64,000 nt of DNA. It comes from Thermoplasmatota archaeon (GTDB taxonomy: Archaea; Thermoplasmatota; Penumbrarchaeia; Penumbrarchaeales; Penumbrarchaeaceae). Position 1 is the stretch's first letter; the number at the start of each line of letters is the position of its first letter. The DNA lies in NCBI GenBank assembly GCA_029762535.1, contig JARVGK010000001.1, positions 64,001 to 128,000 of the forward strand, in the 5' to 3' direction. Shown in pieces: positions 26,449-35,555 of this stretch. The position numbers were made by a program, and so were the translations under genes. The notes beneath the pieces are model-generated. The model saw only the letters and a list, made by a program, of their open reading frames with translations, searched no databases and had not been told where the DNA came from.

Positions 26449-29127
26449 TCACGCCAGGGTCAATTCGATCGCTCCGTCACATATTGAGATAGAACGTACC
26501 CGACATTCGATCATATCCCCGAGCCGGAAAAGGGTGATCACTCCTCCTTCCCTGGCGATCTCCTCCAACATGCGGGCGTCCAGGTCCGATCCCATATTGT
26601 CCTCAAGTGACATCTGGATCCTGCACATATCCTCATCGGGGGCAACCCTGAACTGGGAAATATACCTGTAGCCCAACCTGCCCTCCACCATGCTCTCATC
26701 GAGGGAGACATAGCAGGCGCCTGGCGATATGGAATTGATCCTGCCCCGTAGCGATGAGGTGCCGGACATCGCCATACGGATGGACAGCGCCACGTTCACC
26801 ATCTCCCTCTCCCACTCTTCCGCCGAGCGGGACATATCATTGATATGTTCGATATATGCATCCAGCATCTCCCTTTCCGGCATCTCCCATGTGGCATCCG
26901 TTCCGATCCCCTCTGAGGAGAGCAAAGCCTTTATCGCACGGTGTACGAGGACGTCGGCATATCGCCTGATGGGGGAGGTGAAATGACAGTATCTTTCGGA
27001 GCGAAGCCCGAAATGACCTATGTTGTCAAGTGAATACAGGGCCTTTGGGACGCTGCGAAGAAGGGAGAAGGAAAGGAGGTCCCGCATCCATTGCTCGGGG
27101 AGGGCATGGACCTTGCAAAGGGCCTCGTTGATCGCGTCCAGGGCAGCATCCATTTTCTCCCGGTCCACCTCAAAGGCCCCGTTCCCGTCGGACGGGTCCG
27201 TCCTTGTAATATCCTGCAGGGATCCGAAGGAGAGCTTGCCCCCGCTCAAGAGGGCTTTGAGCATGGAATCCTCATCCGCATCGGGGCCGCCTTCCCCCTT
27301 CGAGACCTTCGATGTCCAATCGCCTTCGATCCTGATGGGGACGCCGAGAACATCGCAAGCGGAATTGAAACGTTCCAATGAGGACACGTCGGCTATAGGA
27401 TGAACCCGATAGACGCAGGTCGCTCCATTCGCTGCGAGAAGACCAGCGGCTCGTTCGTTGGTGAGCACCATCAGCTCCTCGATCATACGCGTGGATCGGG
27501 TGGCCCTCTTCATTGTTGTAGTTATCTCATCATCTGCACTGAACCGCACCCTCCTCTCAGGCGTCTCGATGCCCATGCGCCTGGCGGACCTCGAAAGGTG
27601 TTCGGTTATGGCGTAAAGCGCCGTGAAAGGCTCAGCACCCTCTTCGATAGCCCTTTCCACCATGTCGTAGGTAAGATTTCTCCTGACCCGTATCACCGAG
27701 GGAAAGAACTCACTATCGATCACGTTCCGGTCAGGATCGAGCCGTATCTTTACCGTCATGGCGAGGCGGTCCTCCCCTTCCCGGAGGGAGCAGAGGTCCT
27801 CCGAGAGCCGGGGCGGGAGCATGGGAAGCACCCCGGAAGGAAGGTATACCGATGTTGCCCTGAACCGGGCCTCTGAATCGACCGGATCATCGGGCCTCAC
27901 ATAATGCGTCACATCGGCTATATGGACGAATACGACCGCACCATCCTTCGATGGAACGAGCGAGACGGCGTCGTCGAAATCCTTCGCATCATCGGGATCT
28001 ATCGTATACGTTTCAAGGTTCCTGAGATCCCTCCTTCCCCCAATACGAGGGTCATCTTCGAGAGCCGGGATTCTCCCGGAAGCTTCGAGGAGCGTATCTG
28101 AGAATTCCCTGTGGAATCTGCTCGCCCCGGTGGCTATCTTGTGATGGACCACCAGGTCGGAACAGGATCTCCAGGTGATCCTGCCGAGCTTTAAGAGGGT
28201 TAATAGGATGTTCGACGGCAGGTCGTCCGATCTGGAAAGGGGCAGGTCCTTGAAGAAGAATGCGAGGAACCTCTCGAGATCGAAACCTTCAAGCCTGCGA
28301 ACCGAGGTGTCTGCGAGACCGACTGGGGAGGCGATCGAATCCTCCATGTGGATGATAGGAGTCCCCTTTTTGATCCATCTTCCGCTCTCGATGTAGGCCA
28401 GGCCCCACAGGCAGACCCTGTCCATTTCATCCTTTAGATCTTCATCGAGATCGACCTTGGATATGTCCTCGACCCTGCTCGCGGGAGATCTGACCTGCCT
28501 CCCGTCGATGTCCTCCTGGACCCATTCCACGTAGGCGCCCTTCAACTCCTCGAGCCTTCTGGCGTGTTGCTCCATCCTCTTCAGCGAGCGCTCGGAGCAT
28601 GGGATGTAGGTGCCGTCATTTTGGCCAGCCCTTCTTAAATAGGGTCGGTCCTCCCCATCGGCCTTTGACAGAACCTTCTCCACGGCCTTTACATGTCTTC
28701 TATCCGGTATGAGGGGGTCGTAATGGGCCCTGGCGATCTCCTCTGCGGACATTGCGGGCAGGTCCTCTCCCTCGGGAACCCCCTTTGAGGCCAGAAGGGA
28801 TAGGGCGGACCTCCACAGGTCCGAGACCTTCAATGTGTCGATGATGATCTGCGGATCGAGCCGGAGGGCGTTCCCGGAGCTCAAACGCTGTATCTCGGAC
28901 CTTAAAAGCATATCCATCGAAGCAGTGTCCGTCTTATCGCCGGAAAAGACCGCTCCGGTGGTTCCCTTCAGGAGATCCCATTTGAACCTCATGCGCCCTT
29001 TCAGGGTATGGACGACGGCGTGGTGGTCCCTACCCTCCTTCTCCCTGTCGAGCAGTATGCATAAGTTCTCGGGATGGTCCAGGCCCCCGGCACCCTTCTT
29101 GATCCTAACAACGTCCCGGATGTCCAT
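26449..29127 (-). CDS. rnr: RNase R / RNB-family 3'-5' exoribonuclease with atypical N-terminal region
   Basis: TIDPDDAKDFDDA, VHIADV, RATSVYLP..MLP..LS, HFGL...YCHFTSPIRRYAD, C-terminal S1-like domain. Start uncertain (29127 or 29157). Confidence 0.9.
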   Translation of the reverse strand: MDIRDVVRIKKGAGGLDHPENLCILLDREKEGRDHHAVVHTLKGRMRFKWDLLKGTTGAVFSGDKTDTASMDMLLRSEIQRLSSGNALRLDPQIIIDTLKVSDLWRSALSLLASKGVPEGEDLPAMSAEEIARAHYDPLIPDRRHVKAVEKVLSKADGEDRPYLRRAGQNDGTYIPCSERSLKRMEQHARRLEELKGAYVEWVQEDIDGRQVRSPASRVEDISKVDLDEDLKDEMDRVCLWGLAYIESGRWIKKGTPIIHMEDSIASPVGLADTSVRRLEGFDLERFLAFFFKDLPLSRSDDLPSNILLTLLKLGRITWRSCSDLVVHHKIATGASRFHREFSDTLLEASGRIPALEDDPRIGGRRDLRNLETYTIDPDDAKDFDDAVSLVPSKDGAVVFVHIADVTHYVRPDDPVDSEARFRATSVYLPSGVLPMLPPRLSEDLCSLREGEDRLAMTVKIRLDPDRNVIDSEFFPSVIRVRRNLTYDMVERAIEEGAEPFTALYAITEHLSRSARRMGIETPERRVRFSADDEITTTMKRATRSTRMIEELMVLTNERAAGLLAANGATCVYRVHPIADVSSLERFNSACDVLGVPIRIEGDWTSKVSKGEGGPDADEDSMLKALLSGGKLSFGSLQDITRTDPSDGNGAFEVDREKMDAALDAINEALCKVHALPEQWMRDLLSFSLLRSVPKALYSLDNIGHFGLRSERYCHFTSPIRRYADVLVHRAIKALLSSEGIGTDATWEMPEREMLDAYIEHINDMSRSAEEWEREMVNVALSIRMAMSGTSSLRGRINSISPGACYVSLDESMVEGRLGYRYISQFRVAPDEDMCRIQMSLEDNMGSDLDARMLEEIAREGGVITLFRLGDMIECRVRSISICDGAIELTLA

Positions 29128-29212
29128 CCTGCGAACCCCATACATCATGCCGGACATCGATATTATTGCTTGCTGTGTATTCGAAGAGACGATTAAATAT
29201 CATCGATGAGAT

Positions 29213-30898
29213 ATGTCGCAGGATAACATGTTGAGCGATATCGAGATAGCGCAAGCAGCCAGATTGCGCCCTATAGATGAGATCGCGGCCAAAGCCGGAC
29301 TGCTCGAAGGCGAATACACCGAGTGGGGCGGTCACAAGGCTAAGGTCTCCCTGTCCGCTCTAGATAGGATATCATCTCTTCCCAGGGGGCATCTGGTCCT
29401 GGTCACGACAACCAGCCCCACCCCGGCAGGTGAGGGGAAGACCACAATGACGATCGGCCTGGCACAGGCCCTGGCCAAACAAGGGGAACGTGCCATGCTC
29501 GGCATGAGGGAGCCTTCCATGGGCCCAGTCTTCGGGATAAAGGGAGGGGCGGCCGGAGGAGGGTATTCACAGGTCCTGCCCATGGAGGACATCAACCTGC
29601 ATTTCACCGGGGACATACACGCTATTTCCGCCGCTCACAATCTACTCGCGGCGCTGTTGAACAATCATATGCATCACGGCAACGAACTCATGATCGATCC
29701 GAGGCGCATAGCATGGCACAGGGTCATGGATATGAACGATAGGTCCCTCAGGAACATGGTCATAGGTCTTGGGGGAGAGAAGAGCGGAATGCCCCAGGAG
29801 GACCATTTCAGCATAACCGCCGCCTCCGAAGTGATGGCCATTATCTGCCTCGCTTCGGGCGTGGAGGACCTGAAGAACAGGCTATCCAGGGTCATCGTCG
29901 CCTACAACAGGAAAGGGGATCCCGTCACCGCCAAGGACCTGGGAGCCGTCGGGGCAATGTCGCTGCTATTAAGGGACGCCATCAGACCCAACCTGGTCCA
30001 GACCATCGAGGGCGTTCCAGCCTTCATACATGGTGGGCCTTTCGCAAATATCGCGCACGGGACCTCATCCTTCCTTTCCACGCTTATCGGTATGCACCTC
30101 AGCGATTATTTCATCACCGAGGCGGGTTTCGGATCGGACCTGGGGGCCGAGAAGTTCTTCAACATATTCTGCAGGCAGACCGGATTGATCCCCTCCGCTG
30201 TGGTATTGGTCTCCACCGTAAGGTCATTGAAGCTGCAGGGAGGGGTTCGTCTAGACGATATGAAAAGGACCAACGTGCTTGCCGTGAGGAAGGGGGCGGC
30301 CAACCTAGCTAGGCATCTGGGAATACTGCAGATCTTCGGAGTTCCCGTGGTGGTCGCGATAAACAGGTTCGGCTCCGATTCGAAGGACGAACTGGAGGCA
30401 ATAAGAAGGATATGCGAGGGGCTGCAGGTCCCCGTGGCCGTATCGGACCATCACGCAAGGGGCGGGGACGGCGCGATGGACGTGGCCTCCAAGCTCAAGG
30501 AGGTCATCCGGGGATGCAAGGGATGTTTCAACACCCTTTATCCGGACAACATGTCCATCGAGGAGAAGATCGAATGGATATGCCGGGACGTGTACGGCGC
30601 GGACAAGGTAGTGTACTCCCACGAGGCCGGGAAGAGGATGGCGGAGTTCGAGGCCATGGGCTACGGCCACCTGCCCGTGTGCATGGCCAAGACCCAGTAC
30701 TCACTGACCGACGATCCAGGCGTGCTGGGATCTCCCCGGAAGTTCAAGATAACCATAAACGACATGAGGCTCTCGGCGGGAGCGGGGTTCGTCATACCGC
30801 TGACCGGGACGATCACCACCATGCCAGGTCTGCCCAGGGTTCCCGCTTCAGTTGGCATGGACATCGATGGGAACGGGGTCGCAAAGGGCCTGTTCTGA
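29213..30898 (+). CDS. fhs: formate--tetrahydrofolate ligase
   Basis: TPAGEGKTT, GIKGGAAGGGYSQV, HGGPFANIAHG, TEAGFGSDLGAEKF, CMAKTQYS, TMPGLP. Confidence 0.99.
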   Translation: MSQDNMLSDIEIAQAARLRPIDEIAAKAGLLEGEYTEWGGHKAKVSLSALDRISSLPRGHLVLVTTTSPTPAGEGKTTMTIGLAQALAKQGERAMLGMREPSMGPVFGIKGGAAGGGYSQVLPMEDINLHFTGDIHAISAAHNLLAALLNNHMHHGNELMIDPRRIAWHRVMDMNDRSLRNMVIGLGGEKSGMPQEDHFSITAASEVMAIICLASGVEDLKNRLSRVIVAYNRKGDPVTAKDLGAVGAMSLLLRDAIRPNLVQTIEGVPAFIHGGPFANIAHGTSSFLSTLIGMHLSDYFITEAGFGSDLGAEKFFNIFCRQTGLIPSAVVLVSTVRSLKLQGGVRLDDMKRTNVLAVRKGAANLARHLGILQIFGVPVVVAINRFGSDSKDELEAIRRICEGLQVPVAVSDHHARGGDGAMDVASKLKEVIRGCKGCFNTLYPDNMSIEEKIEWICRDVYGADKVVYSHEAGKRMAEFEAMGYGHLPVCMAKTQYSLTDDPGVLGSPRKFKITINDMRLSAGAGFVIPLTGTITTMPGLPRVPASVGMDIDGNGVAKGLF

Positions 30899-30947
30899 TG
30901 GGGCCAATCGGTCAAATCTTAATAATACGGGCAGCTCTTACCGTTTT

Positions 30948-31871
30948 ATGGACGACGAGCTCCGCTCCATGTTCGAGAAGCAGGGGTATGCCGTGGTGGG
31001 GAACCATTCGGCCGTGAAGACATGCCATTGGCTCAGGGAGTCCCTGATGCGGGATCGGGTCTGTTACAAACAGGAGTTCTTCGGGATCTCATCGCACAGA
31101 TGCCTTCAGATGACGCCCGTCGCCAACGCCTGCAATCATCGATGCCTTTACTGCTGGAGGTATCAGGGCAAAGAGGATGTATCGGATGTCTGGGACGATC
31201 CGGAGAAGATAGTCGAGGGCACGATAGCGGCCCAGAGGAGGCTGGTCGCGGGTTTCAAGGGTGACGAGAGATGCGATCCGGCGATGTGGGAGGAGGCCAG
31301 GGCTCCGAACCAGGTGGCCATCTCCCTTACTGGCGAACCCACTTTCTATCCTTACCTTGGGGCTCTGATAGCGGCGTACAGGAGGAGGGATTTCACCACG
31401 TTCCTCGTTACGAACGGGACGATGCCGCACGTGTTGAGGGACCTGGACCCGCTTCCGACGCAATTGTACGTCTCTCTTGACGCGCCGAACAGGGAGATAT
31501 ATAGAAAACTCTGCCTGCCCCAGCATGAAGGGCTTTGGGATCGGATCATGGAGACGGTCCAGATCATGCCCTCTCTCGATACGAGGAGGGTCGCAAGGCA
31601 TACTCTGGTCGAGGGCTGGAACGTCGGTTACGAGGAGGAATATGCCGAGATGGACCTAAAAGGCGATTTCGATTTCATCGAGCCGAAAGGATATGTCCAC
31701 GTCGGTTATTCCAGGGAGAGGCTTGAGAGGTCCAACATGCCCTCGTTCGAGAGGATAAGAGGGTTCGCCGAAAGGATGTCCGAACTTACAGGATATTTAA
31801 AAGCCGGGGAGAATCCCGCCTCGAAGGTCATACTCCTATCGAACGGGGCGAAGGACATGAGCATTTTTTAG
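30948..31871 (+). CDS. taw1: 4-demethylwyosine synthase Taw1/TYW1 (radical SAM)
   Basis: HSAVKTCHW, CYKQEFFGISSHRCLQMTP, CNHRCLYCWR (CxxxCxxC), AISLTGEPT. Start adjusted to ATG 30948. Confidence 0.96.
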   Translation: MDDELRSMFEKQGYAVVGNHSAVKTCHWLRESLMRDRVCYKQEFFGISSHRCLQMTPVANACNHRCLYCWRYQGKEDVSDVWDDPEKIVEGTIAAQRRLVAGFKGDERCDPAMWEEARAPNQVAISLTGEPTFYPYLGALIAAYRRRDFTTFLVTNGTMPHVLRDLDPLPTQLYVSLDAPNREIYRKLCLPQHEGLWDRIMETVQIMPSLDTRRVARHTLVEGWNVGYEEEYAEMDLKGDFDFIEPKGYVHVGYSRERLERSNMPSFERIRGFAERMSELTGYLKAGENPASKVILLSNGAKDMSIF

Positions 31872-31872
31872 G

Positions 31873-31902
31873 GCCTCGGGACCGAACCAAGGTGCCCGAG
31901 GC
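31873..31902. terminator. hairpin between convergent taw1 and Ca-binding protein genes
   Basis: GCCTCGGG...CCCGAGGC 8-bp stem, extendable by ACC/GGT, in the short gap between two convergent stops. Confidence 0.45.
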
Positions 31903-31913
31903 ACCTTGTCCGA

Positions 31914-32666
31914 TCAAATGCCGTCGTTGTCGGTATCCTGGAAGTGGCCGTCTGTGGATCCTCCGGTCCCTTCCTCCACACCGTCGATGAGCAGATCGTT
32001 GTCGCTGTCCCAATCGTTGGGGTCGAGCCCCCTTCTAAGCTCTATTGGGTCTATGAGGCCGTCGCCGTCTGTGTCAGGGTTGAACGGATCGGTGCCGATA
32101 AGGGACTCGTACCAGTCGAGGATGCCATCTCCGTCCGTGTCATCGTTGGGAATTGGTTCTCCATCATCACCATCCGAATCATCGCCATCGGATTGATCAT
32201 CATCTCCATCTCCTCTGAAGTCCCAGGGCCAGGGATCGTCCGGGTCCAGTATCCCGTCGCCGTCCGTGTCCGGGTTGTTGGGGTTGGTGGGTCGGTAGAG
32301 CTTCTCACCGGTCTCGGCGTGTATTCCGTAGAACCTGTAGTACTCATCATAGTTCGTATAGGGCGGGTCCACCTGCGTATACATCGCATACTCCTCTCCC
32401 CCGAAGTAATCGTTGTCCTCGTCGGCATCCGTAGGATCCCTCGGGTTCATCCCGTTCTCGACCTCCCAACCATCTGGGAGCCCGTCGCCATCGGTGTCCC
32501 AGTTGTTGGGATCCGTCCCCGCGGCGAACTCTTCCCTGTTGTTCAGGCCATCTCCGTCCGGATCCTGGTCCCAGTCGTTCTTGTCCAGTGGGTTCAGGGC
32601 GTTCGCGAATCCGAAGATCCCCGCAAGGCCGATCACACTTGCCATGATGATTACCGTCTCTTTCAT
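31914..32666 (-). CDS. secreted DxDGDG (TSP3-like) Ca-binding repeat protein, copy A
   Basis: N-terminal hydrophobic signal, multiple D[TP]DGDG(L/I).D..E repeats, acidic central linker. Confidence 0.85.
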   Translation of the reverse strand: MKETVIIMASVIGLAGIFGFANALNPLDKNDWDQDPDGDGLNNREEFAAGTDPNNWDTDGDGLPDGWEVENGMNPRDPTDADEDNDYFGGEEYAMYTQVDPPYTNYDEYYRFYGIHAETGEKLYRPTNPNNPDTDGDGILDPDDPWPWDFRGDGDDDQSDGDDSDGDDGEPIPNDDTDGDGILDWYESLIGTDPFNPDTDGDGLIDPIELRRGLDPNDWDSDNDLLIDGVEEGTGGSTDGHFQDTDNDGI

Positions 32667-32796
32667 TTATTTCACCTAATATATTGTATGAATGTAATTA
32701 GTATTTAAAGTTTTTAGAACAATAATTAAACAATATTTATAAAAATATGTATATATGTTATTATAACTGACCCTTTGATATCAAGGGGAAAAAAGT

Positions 32797-32822
32797 ATAC
32801 GGGCCGGTTTTCCGGCCCGTAT
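32797..32822 (-). terminator. intrinsic-type terminator of copy B
   Basis: ATACGGGCCGG-TTTT-CCGGCCCGTAT 11-bp perfect stem, followed on the minus strand by a T6 tract, about 20 nt after the stop. Confidence 0.7.
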
Positions 32823-32843
32823 TCGATCCGATCGATGTTGTGT

Positions 32844-33599
32844 TCAGATCCCGTCGTTGTCGGTATCCTGGAAGTGACCGTCGGTGGATCCGCCCGACCC
32901 TCCCTCTTCGACGAGGTCCACCAGCATATCGTTGTCCGTGTCCCAGTCGTTGGGGTCGAGCCCTCTCTGCAGTTCGATGGGATCAAGCAGGCCATCCCCG
33001 TCGGTGTCGGGGTTGAACGGGTCGGTGCCGATGAGGGCCTCGTACCAGTCGAGGATGCCGTCACCATCCGTATCCTTAGGCGGTTCCGTAGGCGCTCCCG
33101 GATTGGGGGCGTCACCGCCGCCCCCGGATCCGGGGCCTCCCTTTTGGCCGAAGTCCCAGGGCCAGGAATCGTCCGGGTCCAGGATGTTGTCCCCGTCCGT
33201 ATCTGGATTATTGGGGTTGGTGGGTCGGTAGAGCTTCTCACCGGTCTCGGCGTGTATTCCGTAGAACCTGTAATATTCGTCATAGTTGGTGTATGGAGGA
33301 TCCACCTGGGAATATGAGGCGTATTCCTCCCCACCGAAGTAATCGTTGTCCTCGTCGGCATCAGTAGGGTCCCTCGGGTTCATCCCGTTCTCGACCTCCC
33401 AACCATCTGGGAGCCCGTCGCCATCGGTGTCCCAGTTGTTGGGATCCGTCCCCGCGGCGAACTCTTCCCTGTTGTTCAGGCCATCTCCGTCCGGATCCTG
33501 GTCCCAGTCGTTCTTGTCCAGTGGGTTCAGGGCGTTCGCGAATCCGAAGATCGCCGCCATGCCCAGCATGCTTGCGATCAAGAGTGCCATCTGTTTCAT
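32844..33599 (-). CDS. secreted DxDGDG (TSP3-like) Ca-binding repeat protein, copy B
   Basis: Near-identical to copy A except for the signal peptide and a Gly/Pro-rich central linker. Confidence 0.85.
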   Translation of the reverse strand: MKQMALLIASMLGMAAIFGFANALNPLDKNDWDQDPDGDGLNNREEFAAGTDPNNWDTDGDGLPDGWEVENGMNPRDPTDADEDNDYFGGEEYASYSQVDPPYTNYDEYYRFYGIHAETGEKLYRPTNPNNPDTDGDNILDPDDSWPWDFGQKGGPGSGGGGDAPNPGAPTEPPKDTDGDGILDWYEALIGTDPFNPDTDGDGLLDPIELQRGLDPNDWDTDNDMLVDLVEEGGSGGSTDGHFQDTDNDGI

Positions 33600-33832
33600 T
33601 TTATCACCTTAGAATATGGATTAGTGTTAATTATATAAATCAGTTATGTGACAATCATTGAATAAATAGTAAAATATATTATAGAAAAGCTATAAAGCAT
33701 TCAGAATGTCCAGAAACCCCGGGCATGTCATTTCCGGTTCAGAGACCATGCTCTGTGATGCTTATTATGGTCATAGCCTGTATATTAGTTTTATAGGACG
33801 TTCGCTGAACGGATCCTTAAGACGGACCCGTT

Positions 33833-34720
33833 TCAACGGGCCGGAATATCCTTTTTATCCGAGACCTCGAGGCCGGTCCTCGGAAGCCATGGGATCCTGT
33901 AGCTTTCGTTGTGAAAGAGCCATGGGGGATCGTCCTCGAGCTCCGGCTCAAGGAGGGAATACGCCTCGCGTGGTGGAAGCCCTTCTTTCTCGAAGAGACC
34001 TTCCTTACGCCTCTCGTCGAAGATAAGGGAGAATATACCGTGCCTTCTCGAGATATTTCGTAACCTGTCGTGGGAGTTGAGGGTCCGGAATCCATAACAT
34101 ATGTCCCAATCTCCGTGGTATATGCAGCCCGAACATACCTTTCTCAGGTAGTTGTAACGGTATGTGCCCAGAAGGGCGATCGAGCTGATAATCGCCAGGA
34201 GCCCGGCGAACCTCGTGTAAAGTGGCACCGGCAGCGTCAGAGCCCATACGCATAGGGACCCCAAAGAGATCCCCAAAGCGGCTTTAACCAGGACCCTGAT
34301 CGATCTCGAGCGGAAAGGGACGATGTACTTCAATAACTGGAACGATCCGAGGAGGAGAGCAAGAGAGAGCAGCAGGTCCTTGTGAAGCAACATGGTCCCG
34401 AAGTATAGATCCCATCTGAGGAACGCGCAGGATATGACAAGGAGCGCGGCGATGGTGTACGAGGTGGAGCACCCCATGCAGATCCTTATGCCGAATATCC
34501 TGTAGGTGTCGTTATCGTAGCGGGAGCAATCCGGATGATGAGATACAAGTATTGGTAACAGTCCAAAGAGGACGTTTAGGACTGAAAAAAGATCGGTAGA
34601 ACGCTTTGAACCTACCTTCGAACAAAAAGGATCAGGCCGGTCCGACGCAGTGCGGACCGGCCCTGATGGACCGTTCGCCTCGAATTGTGGCCTACGATCC
34701 GATCGGCGTTCACTTTTCAT
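33833..34720 (-). CDS. Cys/His-rich membrane protein (DUF2085-like)
   Basis: SHHPDC...RICMGC, about four TM segments, then CSGC...C. Start uncertain. Confidence 0.55.
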   Translation of the reverse strand: MKSERRSDRRPQFEANGPSGPVRTASDRPDPFCSKVGSKRSTDLFSVLNVLFGLLPILVSHHPDCSRYDNDTYRIFGIRICMGCSTSYTIAALLVISCAFLRWDLYFGTMLLHKDLLLSLALLLGSFQLLKYIVPFRSRSIRVLVKAALGISLGSLCVWALTLPVPLYTRFAGLLAIISSIALLGTYRYNYLRKVCSGCIYHGDWDICYGFRTLNSHDRLRNISRRHGIFSLIFDERRKEGLFEKEGLPPREAYSLLEPELEDDPPWLFHNESYRIPWLPRTGLEVSDKKDIPAR

Positions 34721-35021
34721 GAGCCTTATTGTAAGCCCATCCTCCGACGAGAGGGGACTGCCAGACCTTTCCGGTGGCTGCCATGATCAATCCTACTATG
34801 AGCATGATAATGGCGATTATGTAGAAGATCCAGCCGATGAATGGAATGATCCCCAGGAACAGGATCAGGCCCCAAACCAGAGACTGCCAGAATATCGTCC
34901 CGAGCTGCGGGTCCTCGTCCTTCTTACCCGTGGCGATCAGAATTATCGCTCCGAGTATCCCCAACCATCCGAGTATGGCCATCACTTTATTGTCAGCTTT
35001 CTTTATTGGTTCAGATCCCAT
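34710..35021 (-). CDS. small membrane protein (DUF4870-like)
   Basis: NKVMAILGW, FWQSL, IPFIGW, A..GK...PLVG. ATG 35021 follows GAGGTGA. Confidence 0.7.
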   Translation of the reverse strand: MGSEPIKKADNKVMAILGWLGILGAIILIATGKKDEDPQLGTIFWQSLVWGLILFLGIIPFIGWIFYIIAIIMLIVGLIMAATGKVWQSPLVGGWAYNKAHEK

Positions 35022-35235
35022 TTGATTCACCTCAACAGTATTTCCCCATTGCCCTCTGACACGCCAAATACTCTGGCATGCGTGAACCATGAACCGTATC
35101 GGCATATTAAAAACTATTGCTATATGGACAAAAAGTATTATTTTTTAGACCCATCATCCAACATGTCTTACATCCTGATAACTCACAGTATACTAAATAT
35201 AATCAATGATGGTCTACCTGACGCGGTGTATCTGT

Positions 35236-35541
35236 ATGGAACAAGAAAGATTGACGGGAGAGAGGGATCCCACTGTCGCTTTGGTGATCCAGCTTTGCAT
35301 AGGATGGGTCAGCTTCTTCGGCTGCCTCGGATACTTCTACATCGGCCAATGGCAGAAGGCCCTGGCGTTCATCCTCGCCCAACTCATCATAACCCCGCTG
35401 ACGATAATCACCATGGGAATGGTCGGTCCTCTCAACCTCGTCCTATACGTCGTAAGCGTGGTCGATGTGTACATGCAGGCGAAGCAGCTCAAGAGGGGAC
35501 GCGCCATAGGACATTGGACCTTCTTCGACCAGACCGTATGA
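35236..35541 (+). CDS. small membrane protein (TM2/NINE-like)
   Basis: RDPTVALV...GCLGYFYIGQWQKAL...VVDVY. Confidence 0.6.
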   Translation: MEQERLTGERDPTVALVIQLCIGWVSFFGCLGYFYIGQWQKALAFILAQLIITPLTIITMGMVGPLNLVLYVVSVVDVYMQAKQLKRGRAIGHWTFFDQTV

Positions 35542-35555
35542 GATGACTCCGATCC

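Larger units (their letters stand above)
31914..33599 (-). repeat. tandem gene duplication (offset ~933 bp) with a 183-bp identical tract
   Basis: 32437-32619 is identical to 33370-33552 by direct comparison. Flanking parts differ mainly at synonymous sites. Confidence 0.9.

Noticed and set aside
29213-30898. fhs as evidence of Wood-Ljungdahl acetogenesis
   Set aside because: Fhs alone is common in C1/folate metabolism, and no acs/cdh genes are in the window.
31914-33599. Diversity-generating retroelement TR/VR pair
   Set aside because: Differences are mostly synonymous third-position changes rather than adenine-specific, both copies are intact genes, and no reverse transcriptase is in the window.
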